DNA of 64,000 nucleotides from a virus (IMGVR_UViG_3300005330_000014:128001-192000), one strand, 5' to 3'. Numbered from the stretch's first letter, positions 9,370 through 19,888 are shown. Notes: generated by a model from the letters alone, not told the origin. Numbers and translations are program-made.

Positions 9370-9840
9370 ATGACTCTTAATCAAATTAAAGTAAACTTAT
9401 TCAGTCATTTTAAAGAAAATAATCAATTTATCTATCCTGACGACCGACTAAAAGTTGTTCCAATTTCAGAAACGCCCGAGTTACATTATGCTGCAATTAT
9501 AGAAGCATTAAAGGATTTTGAAGCTGCTAAATTGGTTTCTAGAATTGAATACATAGAGGGGAAAAAAGTAAAAGAAAATAAAATTGGATATATTCTTGAA
9601 AAGCCAGCCGAATTGTTTACTCAAAACCTACAAATCCCCGGCGATTTAGCTCTTGAAATTTCCACCTTAGTTAATTCATTAAATGTTGATTTGCCGGATA
9701 TGAAGAAGTTTTCCTCAAGTCCTTTGGGAATTACTCTTAATGATATTGAAATACTTATTTTATTGGCCCGCGCGTACGTTAACCAAGCAAAAGGCGGTGA
9801 AATTCAAGGTAAAGAAGAATCGAATGATTTTTTGAGTTAA
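9370..9840 (+). CDS. Hypothetical protein
   Basis: 156-aa co-oriented ORF. Confidence 0.75.
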   Translation: MTLNQIKVNLFSHFKENNQFIYPDDRLKVVPISETPELHYAAIIEALKDFEAAKLVSRIEYIEGKKVKENKIGYILEKPAELFTQNLQIPGDLALEISTLVNSLNVDLPDMKKFSSSPLGITLNDIEILILLARAYVNQAKGGEIQGKEESNDFLS

Positions 9841-9863
9841 CGAAATCATATAACCTTAAAAGT

Positions 9864-10955
9864 ATGATTAATGTTAATGTCCCGATCAATAGTGTGTCTT
9901 TTGGCTTTGTTGCCGCGAATATTCTTGTTGAATTATTTAAACGAAAAATAGATATTCGATTATTTCCAATCGGCGGACAAGTAGATTTAAGTTCATATTC
10001 AGTAGCCGCGCGGCTACCCGGATTTGAAAACTATCTAAAAGAATCTATTTATTATGCTTTGGAAAAATTTGATCGAAACGATCCGACTTTAAAACTTTGG
10101 CATATTCGAGATTCAGAACAGTCATACGGAGTCCGGCGGAACCTATTAACTTTTCATGAGTTAAGTGAACTAACTCCAAATGAAGTAAATATCTTAAGAA
10201 ATCAAGATACTATTTATTTAACTTCTAAATATTCTCAAGAGGTTTTTAAAAAGTATAATATTGATTCAATTTATTGTCCACTTGCATTCGATAGCCTTCA
10301 TTTTAATAGAATTGAAAAAAGAGCTTATAAAGACGACAGAATTGTATGGGGTTTAGTTGGAAAATTAGAACCGTCCCGAAAAGGCCACGCGAAAGTCATC
10401 CAAAACTGGATTAAGAAATACGGGAATAATCATAAACATGTTTTACATTTACATGTTAATAACCCATTCTTAAATAAGGAACAAAATGAAGGGCTGTTAA
10501 ATCAGATTTGGAACGGACAAAAACCTTTCAATATTAATGTTTTGCCACAGGTTCAAACATTAACAACTCTTAATCAGTGTTATAATAGTATTGATATTAT
10601 TCTTGATGGTTCGAGGGCGGAAGGATTTTCTTTGCCAAGTTTTCATTGTTTAGCTTTAGGTAAACATGGAGTTATTCATAATGCCACAGCAATGAAAGAT
10701 TGGCTACCTAAATCGGGTGCCGTAACGTTTGAATCATCTAATTTAATTGAACCCTACGATAATATGTTTTTTCCGAAAGGTGTTCCTTGGAATCAAGGTT
10801 TAATTTGGGATTGGGATGATAATGAGTTTCTTTCTGCTATGGAAACTGCCGAAAGAAAATTCTTGTATAATCCTTTAAATGAAACTGGATTACAACTACA
10901 ACAAGAATATACTTGGCAAAAAACTGTTGATATTCTTTTGAAAAACTTAAAATGA
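9864..10955 (+). CDS. Glycosyltransferase, GT-B fold (GT4-like)
   Basis: VGKLEPSRKG, YNSIDIIL, SRAEGFSLPSFHCLALGK (ExFxLP motif). Confidence 0.8.
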   Translation: MINVNVPINSVSFGFVAANILVELFKRKIDIRLFPIGGQVDLSSYSVAARLPGFENYLKESIYYALEKFDRNDPTLKLWHIRDSEQSYGVRRNLLTFHELSELTPNEVNILRNQDTIYLTSKYSQEVFKKYNIDSIYCPLAFDSLHFNRIEKRAYKDDRIVWGLVGKLEPSRKGHAKVIQNWIKKYGNNHKHVLHLHVNNPFLNKEQNEGLLNQIWNGQKPFNINVLPQVQTLTTLNQCYNSIDIILDGSRAEGFSLPSFHCLALGKHGVIHNATAMKDWLPKSGAVTFESSNLIEPYDNMFFPKGVPWNQGLIWDWDDNEFLSAMETAERKFLYNPLNETGLQLQQEYTWQKTVDILLKNLK

Positions 10956-11021
10956 TTTTATTTATTCCTTTAGTTGCATTGGTTATTTTAGTTTCTTTTA
11001 TTAGTTTATTTCAAACGTAAT

Positions 11022-11324
11022 ATGAAATTTTTAACAATTCGACCGGAAATTCAAAAGTTAATTGATTATATTAAGAGTAATGAATCTAAGTTTGAAGCTA
11101 GATTTGTTCATTATGATAAGATGATTTCAGACGGGCATGTTACCTTATATTATAGCGGCTACATAAGCGTTGGATTTAACCGATTAAGAGTTTTCTGGGG
11201 ATTGGAAAGTGGTCTTGTACACGAAATAATTGATCGTTTCTTTAAAAGAAAGGCTGAAAAACAATTACAAAGCGAGAAAAACGCAGAAGAACAAGTATTA
11301 TTTAATTTACAAAATCTAAAATAA
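11022..11324 (+). CDS. Hypothetical protein
   Basis: 100-aa ORF. Confidence 0.65.
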   Translation: MKFLTIRPEIQKLIDYIKSNESKFEARFVHYDKMISDGHVTLYYSGYISVGFNRLRVFWGLESGLVHEIIDRFFKRKAEKQLQSEKNAEEQVLFNLQNLK

Positions 11325-11329
11325 CTATT

Positions 11330-11515
11330 ATGCCAATCTATATTCAAATTTATCTAGCTATAGGATTTTTATTTACTTTGTTCACTTTATCTTATCATTC
11401 TCTTGCTAAATCTTCTAATTTAAAAAAATCTGATTTAATCCCCACGATTATCGTTTGTCTGTTCTTCTGGCCGGTTTCAATTCCTTTATATATTCAGAAA
11501 GTTCTAAAAAAGTAA
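11330..11515 (+). CDS. Small membrane protein
   Basis: Two hydrophobic stretches; FFWPVSI. Confidence 0.6.
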   Translation: MPIYIQIYLAIGFLFTLFTLSYHSLAKSSNLKKSDLIPTIIVCLFFWPVSIPLYIQKVLKK

Positions 11516-11516
11516 G

Positions 11517-11864
11517 ATGCCTAATTATCAATTCACAAACAGTAAAGGAGAAATAGTAGAACATTATTTTGCTATTCAAGATGCCCCACCGATTGGCTCA
11601 ACAATAAAGATTGGCCGCGCGAAATTTACTAGAATCCCGTCTGATACTCAGGTCGCGGTAGACACTCGAATTGATCCCTTTAGCAAACAAAAGTTTTTAG
11701 ATAAAACAAATAAGCCGGGGACTCTTGGATCATTACAAGATCAAGCCAGAGAACTTCATGAAAAGAGAAAACAGCAAACCGGCGGACAAGATCAAATTAA
11801 AGACAGCTTTATTGAATCAAGTAAGAAAACTAGACGCGGTAAAGTTTATATAGATAAGGATTAA
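11517..11864 (+). CDS. Hypothetical protein (FmdB-like N-terminus, no Cys)
   Basis: MPNYQF...GEIVEHY resembles FmdB-type starts; weak. Confidence 0.6.
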   Translation: MPNYQFTNSKGEIVEHYFAIQDAPPIGSTIKIGRAKFTRIPSDTQVAVDTRIDPFSKQKFLDKTNKPGTLGSLQDQARELHEKRKQQTGGQDQIKDSFIESSKKTRRGKVYIDKD

Positions 11865-11957
11865 AGATGGCTATTTTGTTTTCGGAATAATCACAATAGG
11901 TTTTGGGATTGGAGTAATTATCGGTTTAATGATTTGGTTTAAGATTTTATAAAACAT

Positions 11958-12452
11958 ATGGATTGGAATGAATATTTTTTCAGGCACGTTTACTTAGCCG
12001 CACAGAAATCAAAAGATACAAAAACTAAGGTTGGCGCTATTTTAGTTAAAGATAATACTTGTATTTCTGAAGGTTATAATGGGATATGTAGAGGGGTTAA
12101 TGATTATAATTATGAGGACGGAAGAAATGAAAGGCCAATCAAGTACTTCTTTTATGAACACGCAGAAAGAAATTGTCTGTATACATGTAATAGACATGGA
12201 ATATCTACTTTAGGGGCGACTATGTATATTGGAGGGATGCCATGCGCCGATTGTGCGCGAGCAATCATTCAATGCGGGATTTCTAAGATAGTTTTACATA
12301 AACAAAGACCAAAATTTGATCATCTAGAGAAATGGGTGGAATCTACTAAGTATTCCAAAATCATGTTAGACGAAGCTAATATTCCTATTGAAATATATGA
12401 TAAGCAATTAGGTATTGAGGTTTTTATAGATGGGAAAACGCTTTTAGTTTAA
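11958..12452 (+). CDS. dCMP deaminase
   Basis: KVGAILV, GYNG, HAERN, PCADCARAIIQCGI. Confidence 0.92.
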   Translation: MDWNEYFFRHVYLAAQKSKDTKTKVGAILVKDNTCISEGYNGICRGVNDYNYEDGRNERPIKYFFYEHAERNCLYTCNRHGISTLGATMYIGGMPCADCARAIIQCGISKIVLHKQRPKFDHLEKWVESTKYSKIMLDEANIPIEIYDKQLGIEVFIDGKTLLV

Positions 12453-12464
12453 TGATTAGATTTA

Positions 12465-12821
12465 ATGATTAAACAATATATAAAAGCTATTCAAAATAAT
12501 TTGTCCGCCGATTTACTTTCTAAGGATTGGGAAGGTTCAATTGGATTGGGGGGACATTGCTATGTAGCTTCCGAGGCTCTTTATCATTTACTTAATAAGT
12601 CTTATTATCCTTGCATTTTAACTCATAAAGAGTTTCCTAAAGGATTATCCGCCGGGCAAACGCACTGGTTTTTGAAAAATGATAAAAATGAAATACTTGA
12701 TGTTACTAAATCGCAATTTGGTAAAACTTATATTCCTTATGAATTAGCGAAACATTGTGGGTTTTTAACAAAACAGCCAAGTAAAAGATGCCAAACTCTT
12801 TTAAATAGGATTAAATTATGA
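12465..12821 (+). CDS. Conserved phage hypothetical protein
   Basis: GHCYVASEALYHLL, HWFL, ILDVT. Confidence 0.7.
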   Translation: MIKQYIKAIQNNLSADLLSKDWEGSIGLGGHCYVASEALYHLLNKSYYPCILTHKEFPKGLSAGQTHWFLKNDKNEILDVTKSQFGKTYIPYELAKHCGFLTKQPSKRCQTLLNRIKL

Positions 12822-13006
12822 ATTTTCTTAAAAGACTTTTAATAATAGTAGTTTTTATTTTAATGGTAATTTGGATATTCTTGGCTATAACTTTAGGTTT
12901 TACTATTGGCATTGTAGATTGGATTATCACTGGAGAAAATCACATATACAATAGTTGGGATAAACCTATCGAATTCTTACTACGTTTATCTAGTTTTGAA
13001 GAATAA
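12818..13006 (+). CDS. Small membrane protein
   Basis: Long hydrophobic N-terminal helix. Confidence 0.55.
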   Translation: MNFLKRLLIIVVFILMVIWIFLAITLGFTIGIVDWIITGENHIYNSWDKPIEFLLRLSSFEE

Positions 13007-13008
13007 TT

Positions 13009-13200
13009 ATGAATCATAAATACGAAGACGAACAAAAGATAATTGAAAATACCGAAGAAGCTAAAAAACAATTTGGAGAACACTGCGGAAGTCAAATTAT
13101 TAAATTATCAATTCAAGAAATTCAAGCATTACTAACTGGAAAATTGGTAGCCGTGGATGTCATGTCAGAGTATGTAGTTTTTATTGAATTAAAAAATTAA
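13009..13200 (+). CDS. Small hypothetical protein
   Basis: Co-oriented, abuts neighbours. Confidence 0.6.
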   Translation: MNHKYEDEQKIIENTEEAKKQFGEHCGSQIIKLSIQEIQALLTGKLVAVDVMSEYVVFIELKN

Positions 13201-13201
13201 T

Positions 13202-13651
13202 ATGAAAATTCAAATTAAAAAACTAAGCGAAAATGCGATAATACCAACTCGTGCATCCGCCGGGGCTGCTGGGTATGATTTATATTCAACTGAAGATTGT
13301 ATATTGAACCCGGGTGAACGTCATTTATTTAAAACTAATTTATCAATTCAAATTCCGCCCGGATACTACGGTAGAATTGCTCCGCGTTCAGGGCTAGCCC
13401 TTAAACAAGGTATTGATGTTCTAGCTGGAGTTATAGACGAAGATTATGCTGGAGATGTAGGGGTAATATTGTTAAATACGGCGATCATACCAACTTCATT
13501 AGAAATATATCCATATTATAGTTTATATGTTAGAAAGGGTGACAGAATCGCTCAGATTATTTTTGAAAAATATCATGAGGTAGAATTTGAAGAAGTAAAC
13601 GAATTAACTGAAACGGCGCGGGGAGAAAATGGATGGGGCAGCACAGGATAA
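13202..13651 (+). CDS. dut: Trimeric dUTPase
   Basis: AGYDL, IAPRSGLA, GVIDEDYAG, RIAQII, RGENGWGSTG. Confidence 0.96.
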   Translation: MKIQIKKLSENAIIPTRASAGAAGYDLYSTEDCILNPGERHLFKTNLSIQIPPGYYGRIAPRSGLALKQGIDVLAGVIDEDYAGDVGVILLNTAIIPTSLEIYPYYSLYVRKGDRIAQIIFEKYHEVEFEEVNELTETARGENGWGSTG

Positions 13652-13686
13652 TTACTACACCTTTTAATCCTTAATTTTAACAAAAA

Positions 13687-13715
13687 TTTTCCGCGCCCGA
13701 GTGGTTCGGAAAAAT
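13687..13715 (+). terminator. Possible terminator hairpin after dut
   Basis: TTTTCCG...CGGAAAA followed by a T-run. Confidence 0.3.
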
Positions 13716-13768
13716 TTTTCATTTAAAAGGGTTTAAATAGGGTAAATATATTCACAGAATTATATAAA

Positions 13769-15733
13769 GTGAATATGGTAAAAAACGAAGATTGGCAAAT
13801 TATTTCAGATGAATTTACAAGTAAATATAAAGATAAAAAAGTTCCTTGGGGGTTTGGTGCGCTAGGTTTTATTGTCTACAAGCGTACTTACAGTAGAACA
13901 AAAGAAAGTGGTGAATCCGAAGAATGGCATGAAACCATTCAGCGATGCATTAATGGCGCTCAAAAAATCGGCGCTCAATATTCTAAAGAAGAAGCGGAGA
14001 AACTTTTTGATTATATTTTTAATTTAAAGTGTAATTTTGGTGGCCGAATGTTATGGCAACTAGGAACTACTACGGTAGATAGATTTGGGCTCGCCAGCCT
14101 GCTAAATTGCTGGTTTGTTTCCATGAGAGACATGGAAGATTTTTGTTTCTTATTTGAACATTTAATGTTGGGTGGTGGGGTTGGTTATTCAGTTAAGCGT
14201 GAAGATATTCACGAGTTGCCGCGCATTAAAAAGGGAATTGAAATTAAACATGTTTTAACTAAAGATGCTGATTTTATTGTTCCCGATAGTCGTCAGGGAT
14301 GGGTTCAGTTGCTAAGAAATTTACTTTTAGCTTTTTATAATGGTGGTAAGTCATTTACTTATTCTACAATTCTCATTAGAGGCGCGGGAGAATTTATTCG
14401 TGGATTCGGTGGCACAGCAAGTGGGCCGGGCATCCTAATAGAGGGAATTGATAAAATTGTTAAAATCTTTCAGTCAAGAGAAGGTAAAAAACTACGTTCA
14501 ATTGATGTTTTAGATATTAATAATATTATTGGTTCTATTGTTGTTGCGGGTAACGTTCGTCGCAGTGCTGAAATAGCTATTGGCGACCCTGATGATTATC
14601 TTTATTTAAGAGCTAAAAATTGGTCGCTAGGGAATATTCCTAATTGGCGTAGCATGTCCAATAATTCTATTTATGCTGATAGCTATGATCATATTAGCAG
14701 CGAAGTTTGGGCTACTGGATATGAAGTTAATGAAGTAACTAAATGCGCCAAGGGAGAAGCATATGGTTTTATTAATATGCCTCTTAGTCAAACGTTTGGG
14801 CGACTAGGAGAAGAAAGAAAAGATAATTGTGAAGGTTTTAATCCCTGCGCAGAAATAAGCCTTGCCGATGGCGAAGCCTGTAATCTTTGCGAGATTTATC
14901 TAAACAATATAACTTCTAAAGAAGAATTATTTGAATGCTCTAAATTGCTTTACAAAACCCAAAAATGCATTTGGGATTTACCTGCTCTTTACGAGAAAAC
15001 AAGTAAAATTGTTAAAAAGAATCGTCGTATCGGATTAGGTGTAACTGGTATTTGCCAATCTTTAGATAAATTACCTTGGCTAGACGAATGTTATCAAGAA
15101 TTAAGAAAGTTTGATAAAGAATGGTCTAAAAAGCGCGGATGGCCCGAAAGTATTAAACTAACCACAGTTAAGCCTAGCGGAACATTAAGTTTACTTGCTG
15201 GTTCTGTTCCCGGTGTTCACCCCGGATACGACAAGTTCTATCAAAGAACTATTCGTATGAGTAGTAGCGATAAATTAGTTAATATTTGTCGCAATTTGGG
15301 TTATCATGTAGAATATGCTTTAAATTTTGATAACAGTGAAAATCATGATACTGTAGTTATCTATTTTCCCTGCAAATCCACCGAAAATACTCTGGTAGCC
15401 GCCGATGTTGACGCTATCAAACAATTAGAATTAGTAAAACAATTACAAACAGTTTGGTCGGATAATGCAGTTTCGGTAACGGTTTATTATAAACCAGAAG
15501 AATTGCCCTCCATTAAAGAATGGTTAAAGAATAACTACGAACATAATATTAAATCGGTTAGTTTTTTACTTCATCAAAATCACGGATTTAAGCAAGCTCC
15601 ATACCAGTCTATTACAGAGGAACAATATAATTCTTCTATTAAGAAGATTAAATCCATATCTGAAACCTATGATGTAGGAGCAGGGGATTTAGAAACACAA
15701 GAATGCAGTTCTGGAAGTTGCCCTATAAGGTAA
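13769..15733 (+). CDS. nrdJ: Class II (adenosylcobalamin-dependent) ribonucleotide reductase, monomeric RTPR type (ATG at 13775 also possible)
   Basis: VYKRTYSR, SLLNC, GGGVGYS, GNVRRSAEI, FNPCAEI, CNLCEI, TVKPSGTLS, C-terminal ECSSGSCPIR; no small subunit nearby. Confidence 0.92.
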   Translation: MNMVKNEDWQIISDEFTSKYKDKKVPWGFGALGFIVYKRTYSRTKESGESEEWHETIQRCINGAQKIGAQYSKEEAEKLFDYIFNLKCNFGGRMLWQLGTTTVDRFGLASLLNCWFVSMRDMEDFCFLFEHLMLGGGVGYSVKREDIHELPRIKKGIEIKHVLTKDADFIVPDSRQGWVQLLRNLLLAFYNGGKSFTYSTILIRGAGEFIRGFGGTASGPGILIEGIDKIVKIFQSREGKKLRSIDVLDINNIIGSIVVAGNVRRSAEIAIGDPDDYLYLRAKNWSLGNIPNWRSMSNNSIYADSYDHISSEVWATGYEVNEVTKCAKGEAYGFINMPLSQTFGRLGEERKDNCEGFNPCAEISLADGEACNLCEIYLNNITSKEELFECSKLLYKTQKCIWDLPALYEKTSKIVKKNRRIGLGVTGICQSLDKLPWLDECYQELRKFDKEWSKKRGWPESIKLTTVKPSGTLSLLAGSVPGVHPGYDKFYQRTIRMSSSDKLVNICRNLGYHVEYALNFDNSENHDTVVIYFPCKSTENTLVAADVDAIKQLELVKQLQTVWSDNAVSVTVYYKPEELPSIKEWLKNNYEHNIKSVSFLLHQNHGFKQAPYQSITEEQYNSSIKKIKSISETYDVGAGDLETQECSSGSCPIR

Positions 15734-15899
15734 AATTTGAGTTAATAATCTCAATTAGAAATCTTTGGGTAGGCTTGTATTGGGAAACTTGGCCTGATCC
15801 ATATCGTTTAGACGTTTGGTTTTGTATTGGAATTATTGCTTTACACTGTTATACACAGTAATAACAAAACTATTTTTCAGTAAAATTTAATTAATTTTA

Positions 15900-15907
15900 G
15901 TGTAAAT
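15900..15907 (+). promoter_or_regulatory. GTGTAAAT motif (putative late promoter)
   Basis: ~55 nt upstream of 15961. Confidence 0.45.
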
Positions 15908-15960
15908 TGTATTATAACTTTACAATTAACCTAATTATTTAACAATTATATTAAAATACT

Positions 15961-16389
15961 ATGGGAATAGAAGACGATAATTTTAATCAAGCCAAGGAAT
16001 TTGCTCATAACGCCCAAGAATCACAAGATGAAGCAGCGGTAGCTCGGGTGGCTAATAATCAAATTCAAAAGGCTCAATTAACAGTTCTTAAATTTATTGC
16101 TAGTATTGTAGCTACTTCAGCAGTAGCTCTTATTCCAGTAATAATTTCTGACCACTATGCTCTAGCAGACTTAAAAATGTCTGTTGGTCTGATTATCACA
16201 AGTCAAAAAACTGCGGATAGTAAAATTACAGACTTACAAAAAAGTGTATTTCCTGTTCGTTCTTGGTGGAGTTTTGGGATGCAAACAGATTTCGTTAAAC
16301 AGTTAGAATCTCAGAATAGAAATCTTAACTTCAAAACACCAGATGTTAAATCTATTCAAGAGTCTCATTTGGGAGATTTAGCTCCTTAA
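15961..16389 (+). CDS. Membrane protein, function unknown
   Basis: Single hydrophobic segment LTVLKFIASIVATSAVALIPVII. Confidence 0.7.
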   Translation: MGIEDDNFNQAKEFAHNAQESQDEAAVARVANNQIQKAQLTVLKFIASIVATSAVALIPVIISDHYALADLKMSVGLIITSQKTADSKITDLQKSVFPVRSWWSFGMQTDFVKQLESQNRNLNFKTPDVKSIQESHLGDLAP

Positions 16390-16425
16390 ATTAATGAATC
16401 AAAATCATATAGCTTAAAAGAGCTT

Positions 16426-17208
16426 ATGATTGACATACTGGTATTAGATTTTAATAAAGAGCAGGAAAGTATTATCCTGCTTCATTCTATACAGAAATAT
16501 TGTAAGTTTCCATATAGAGTAATATTTTTAGATAATGGCTCAAAAAAGTATTATTCTTATGATTTTCGAGATAAGGGATTTATAGACTACTTAATAGTCA
16601 ATGATAAAAACTACGGATTAGGGATAGGAACAAAGCAATTATTTGAAGCCGCGCAATCTGAGTACTGTTTTTACATACAAAATGATCAATATTTTCATAG
16701 AGATTTTCTAGAAACTGAACTTCTTTATCTACAAAGCGCGATTGATCAGAATTACCAAGGAAAAATAATTAAGTCTGTTTCTATTGCCGGGGATACTTGC
16801 CAAGGGCAATACTCCGAAAGGGCGCATTTAATTAAAGCTAAATTTTACCAATCGTTAGAACCCTTAAGTGAAGGTGGCTGTGGCCCAAAACACAACCTGA
16901 TTTGGAGAGAAGAACAAATCCAAAAGATTTATAAAAATAATAATTATCTTCACTATATCTATCAACATCCGTTAGTGGCGGATAATGGCAAAAGAGCCAT
17001 CCGAGAGAATCCAGACGGCTCCCTGTGGCAGCATGAGCCTGATTCCAAACGTCTTTGGTTATTGAATGGTCCAGTTAAGGAAAAGTTTGTTTATCCTTAT
17101 TTTACTGATGAAGAATGGGATAAAGTATTAGAAACTCAAACTTGGGCACCCGGGGTCGTACCCGAACGAGAACAAAACTCTTCATTTATAGTTCCACATT
17201 GGCATTAA
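16426..17208 (+). CDS. GT-A fold glycosyltransferase (GT2-like)
   Basis: VIFLDNGS, NYGLGIGTKQLFEAA, FYIQND. Confidence 0.75.
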   Translation: MIDILVLDFNKEQESIILLHSIQKYCKFPYRVIFLDNGSKKYYSYDFRDKGFIDYLIVNDKNYGLGIGTKQLFEAAQSEYCFYIQNDQYFHRDFLETELLYLQSAIDQNYQGKIIKSVSIAGDTCQGQYSERAHLIKAKFYQSLEPLSEGGCGPKHNLIWREEQIQKIYKNNNYLHYIYQHPLVADNGKRAIRENPDGSLWQHEPDSKRLWLLNGPVKEKFVYPYFTDEEWDKVLETQTWAPGVVPEREQNSSFIVPHWH

Positions 17209-17214
17209 AACAAT

Positions 17215-18033
17215 ATGTTTAGTATCTATTCTAGTTTATTCAATCTAAAATCTTTTGATATTGATTATCAATTCATTCTTAAGAATTGGGCGGATTTCAT
17301 TGGTTATCGTGGGGAAATTGTAATTGCAATCAATAATTCTTATGAGGATGACGGATATACTACCCAAAAGATAGTTACTTTGTCGCAAAAATACCCAATC
17401 AGAGTAGTTTATACAAATATTCCTTATAGTAAAAATACATTTGATGGAGATATTAAGAATGCCGCGCTACAGGCAACTAGCGATAAATTTCCTTTAAAAA
17501 TACAAATGGATTTTGACGAAGTAATTCCTTCATTTAGCCGCCCGCTTTGGGATGAAGTAGCAGACAAATTACTTAATTCTCCATATGAAGCAGTTTTTGT
17601 CCCAAGTATTGATTTGTATGGAGGTGAAACTCAAATTCGTAAAAATCATAATATTGGTCTAAAATGGAGAATTCATAAGAGAGGGTTAAAGCGTGGAGTT
17701 TGGCGCGGGGCTAAATTAGATAAAGGATTAATTGCTACCGACCGTTCGGATACATGTGAACTTTTATCCCCCGATGACGAATTAGTTCCTACTATTAATA
17801 TTACGCCGCCCGACTTCCTTAAGCCTGAAAATTCTCATAACCTAAGAGATAAAATTTATACTTTTCATTTAGGATATTTAAACTTAGCTCGTCGTCAAAA
17901 GCTAAATGAAGATTTTTGGTCTAAAAAATGGTCTGAACGCAGCGGAAAACCAGAAAATGTTATTATAGATTTAGAAAAACTTAAAAGAGAAGATACGGTT
18001 CCCCATAATTTGCCTCTTTGGGATAAAATTTAA
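17215..18033 (+). CDS. GT-A fold glycosyltransferase-like
   Basis: GDIKNAALQA, IQMDFDE (DxD), FHLGY. Confidence 0.65.
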   Translation: MFSIYSSLFNLKSFDIDYQFILKNWADFIGYRGEIVIAINNSYEDDGYTTQKIVTLSQKYPIRVVYTNIPYSKNTFDGDIKNAALQATSDKFPLKIQMDFDEVIPSFSRPLWDEVADKLLNSPYEAVFVPSIDLYGGETQIRKNHNIGLKWRIHKRGLKRGVWRGAKLDKGLIATDRSDTCELLSPDDELVPTINITPPDFLKPENSHNLRDKIYTFHLGYLNLARRQKLNEDFWSKKWSERSGKPENVIIDLEKLKREDTVPHNLPLWDKI

Positions 18034-18056
18034 GATAAAAATTATATACTCTAGTC

Positions 18057-18302
18057 ATGATACTAGATCGTAAATTTTTTAAATATCAGGTAATTGATAA
18101 AGCCACCGGACGCGAAGTTAAGTTACCGGAAAATTGCATATTAGATTATGTCAACGATAAAGAAGGAATGGTATGCTTTAAGAGTGTAGATAGTTTCACT
18201 AAAAGAGTGGTAAATCCCATGACTCATGAAGAATATGATGTTACGACTCCCGTTTCATATCACGTAAAATCGGCGGAAATTGAAATAATTTCACTATATT
18301 AA
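18057..18302 (+). CDS. Hypothetical protein
   Basis: 81-aa ORF. Confidence 0.6.
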   Translation: MILDRKFFKYQVIDKATGREVKLPENCILDYVNDKEGMVCFKSVDSFTKRVVNPMTHEEYDVTTPVSYHVKSAEIEIISLY

Positions 18303-18305
18303 TTC

Positions 18306-19055
18306 ATGAGTTTACCAATTTCTCTACTTTTTGCTACTACTACTAAGGGTCATTTTGATAGACGCTATATTTATAGTTCCACTCTCCAAGATTGGGAAGC
18401 TCAAAAACATTTAGATATTTTCTCATACAAACGCGCACATATCAAGAATGGCAAAGAGGATGCTAATTGGACGGCAGAAGGAATGAGAGAAGATATTTTA
18501 TCTTATGATTTTAATGAAGTTTTAATTACTGAAGGTAATTTTAAACATTTTGATGCCAGTCACTCAATCGGTCAACTTCAAGATATAGGAACTTTAATCG
18601 AAAATATTCCCACTCCTTATATTTTCTTTCTTGAAGATGATTTTTTGGTCAGAGCTAAGAATAATAATTTAGAATTTCATATTAAACAATCAATTGAATT
18701 ATTGGAATCAAATGAGGGTGTATCTCAAGTTAGAGTTCCCCGGCATTTTAATGATTTCCCTCATTATAAAACTTTGCATCGCTGTCATAATGGTTGGTTA
18801 AGTCAAGATGATATTTTCAGTTTTAATCCATATATCGCGCGGACAAGTGATATTGTTAAATTATATAACTCAGTAGCCGTGCAACAAGATTTGATTATTG
18901 GATTAATTAACCAAGGAATATTAAACTCGGAATTAACTTTCACAAACTTGGCCCGCCAACTTCGCGGCCCTTATTCATTTTGGTCTTTTGGTAGCTCGAA
19001 CATTCAATGCTATCACATTGGAACGAAACAGGGAGAAGAAGATAAATTAGATTAA
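18306..19055 (+). CDS. GT-A fold glycosyltransferase-like
   Basis: YIFFLEDDF, FSFNPYIAR, CYHIG. Confidence 0.65.
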   Translation: MSLPISLLFATTTKGHFDRRYIYSSTLQDWEAQKHLDIFSYKRAHIKNGKEDANWTAEGMREDILSYDFNEVLITEGNFKHFDASHSIGQLQDIGTLIENIPTPYIFFLEDDFLVRAKNNNLEFHIKQSIELLESNEGVSQVRVPRHFNDFPHYKTLHRCHNGWLSQDDIFSFNPYIARTSDIVKLYNSVAVQQDLIIGLINQGILNSELTFTNLARQLRGPYSFWSFGSSNIQCYHIGTKQGEEDKLD

Positions 19056-19058
19056 TTT

Positions 19059-19523
19059 ATGCTTAATCCTAAAATTCGATTAATTATTAAAAATGCTTTC
19101 AAAGACACTACTTACTTTGGAAAAAGTATAATTATTTCACCAGATCAATTTCAGTCAGATTTAATTTGGAAAGAAGTAAATAGTATTCTGCCTACTTGGA
19201 TGCTTAGTCAGTCAAAATACTCGGCTATCAAGGAAATAAGATTAAAAAATCAGCATACTTTAATTTTTATCACCGATAGAAATCCTGATTATCTATGTGG
19301 ATATCGGGCAAATATAGTTTATCTAAACAAAATCACAAATCCTGAAACAATCCAACTAATCGCGCGGCCTTTGTTATCTGTTCAATTTAACCCAGTAGAA
19401 CAAGAAAAAACAAATGAATTTGAAAATGAATTGATTAGATTGGGGATTTATGATGAATCCGACCGAACTAAATTTCCACAACCCAAACTAATTAATTTAG
19501 ACGAATTAGGCATTTTACTATAA
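19059..19523 (+). CDS. Degenerate fragment resembling the middle of a terminase large-subunit ATPase domain
   Basis: IIISP..QS..IW.E...LP.W, EIRLKNQHTLIF, NPDYLCGYRANIVYLN resemble the terminase coupling region; no Walker A; Walker B DE replaced by NK. Confidence 0.4.
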   Translation: MLNPKIRLIIKNAFKDTTYFGKSIIISPDQFQSDLIWKEVNSILPTWMLSQSKYSAIKEIRLKNQHTLIFITDRNPDYLCGYRANIVYLNKITNPETIQLIARPLLSVQFNPVEQEKTNEFENELIRLGIYDESDRTKFPQPKLINLDELGILL

Positions 19524-19525
19524 CT

Positions 19526-19885
19526 ATGATTAACCTCTTAATTGATGAAGGGTATTACGTTGATTTTCTAAGTATTTTAGAAGTCAAGTTGTTAAAATCT
19601 GATGACAAAACGCGCGACTCACTTTCCAAACAATTTCTTTTTTATTCTAATTCTTTAGGCGAACAAATTGGAGATTCAAAACTCGAAGAAATTCTCGACA
19701 GCGTTCTTTATAAAAAACTAAAAGATGTTAATCAAATTCTTTTTGAGACGATAGATAATTGTAAGAAGTATCAAATTGATGCGCGCACGATTGACGCAAT
19801 GAACCATACTCGCTGGATTTTAAAGAACGAAATACAAAGAACATTTTTTGGTAAATCTACGGGGGAAGTTAAAATAGGATATTAA
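19526..19885 (+). CDS. DUF6165-like protein
   Basis: DFLSILEVK, LKDVNQILFETID, NHTRWILKNEI pattern. Confidence 0.5.
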   Translation: MINLLIDEGYYVDFLSILEVKLLKSDDKTRDSLSKQFLFYSNSLGEQIGDSKLEEILDSVLYKKLKDVNQILFETIDNCKKYQIDARTIDAMNHTRWILKNEIQRTFFGKSTGEVKIGY

Positions 19886-19888
19886 AAA

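Noticed and set aside
19059-19523. Functional terminase large subunit
   Set aside because: Far too short; no Walker A, no Walker B acidic pair, no nuclease domain
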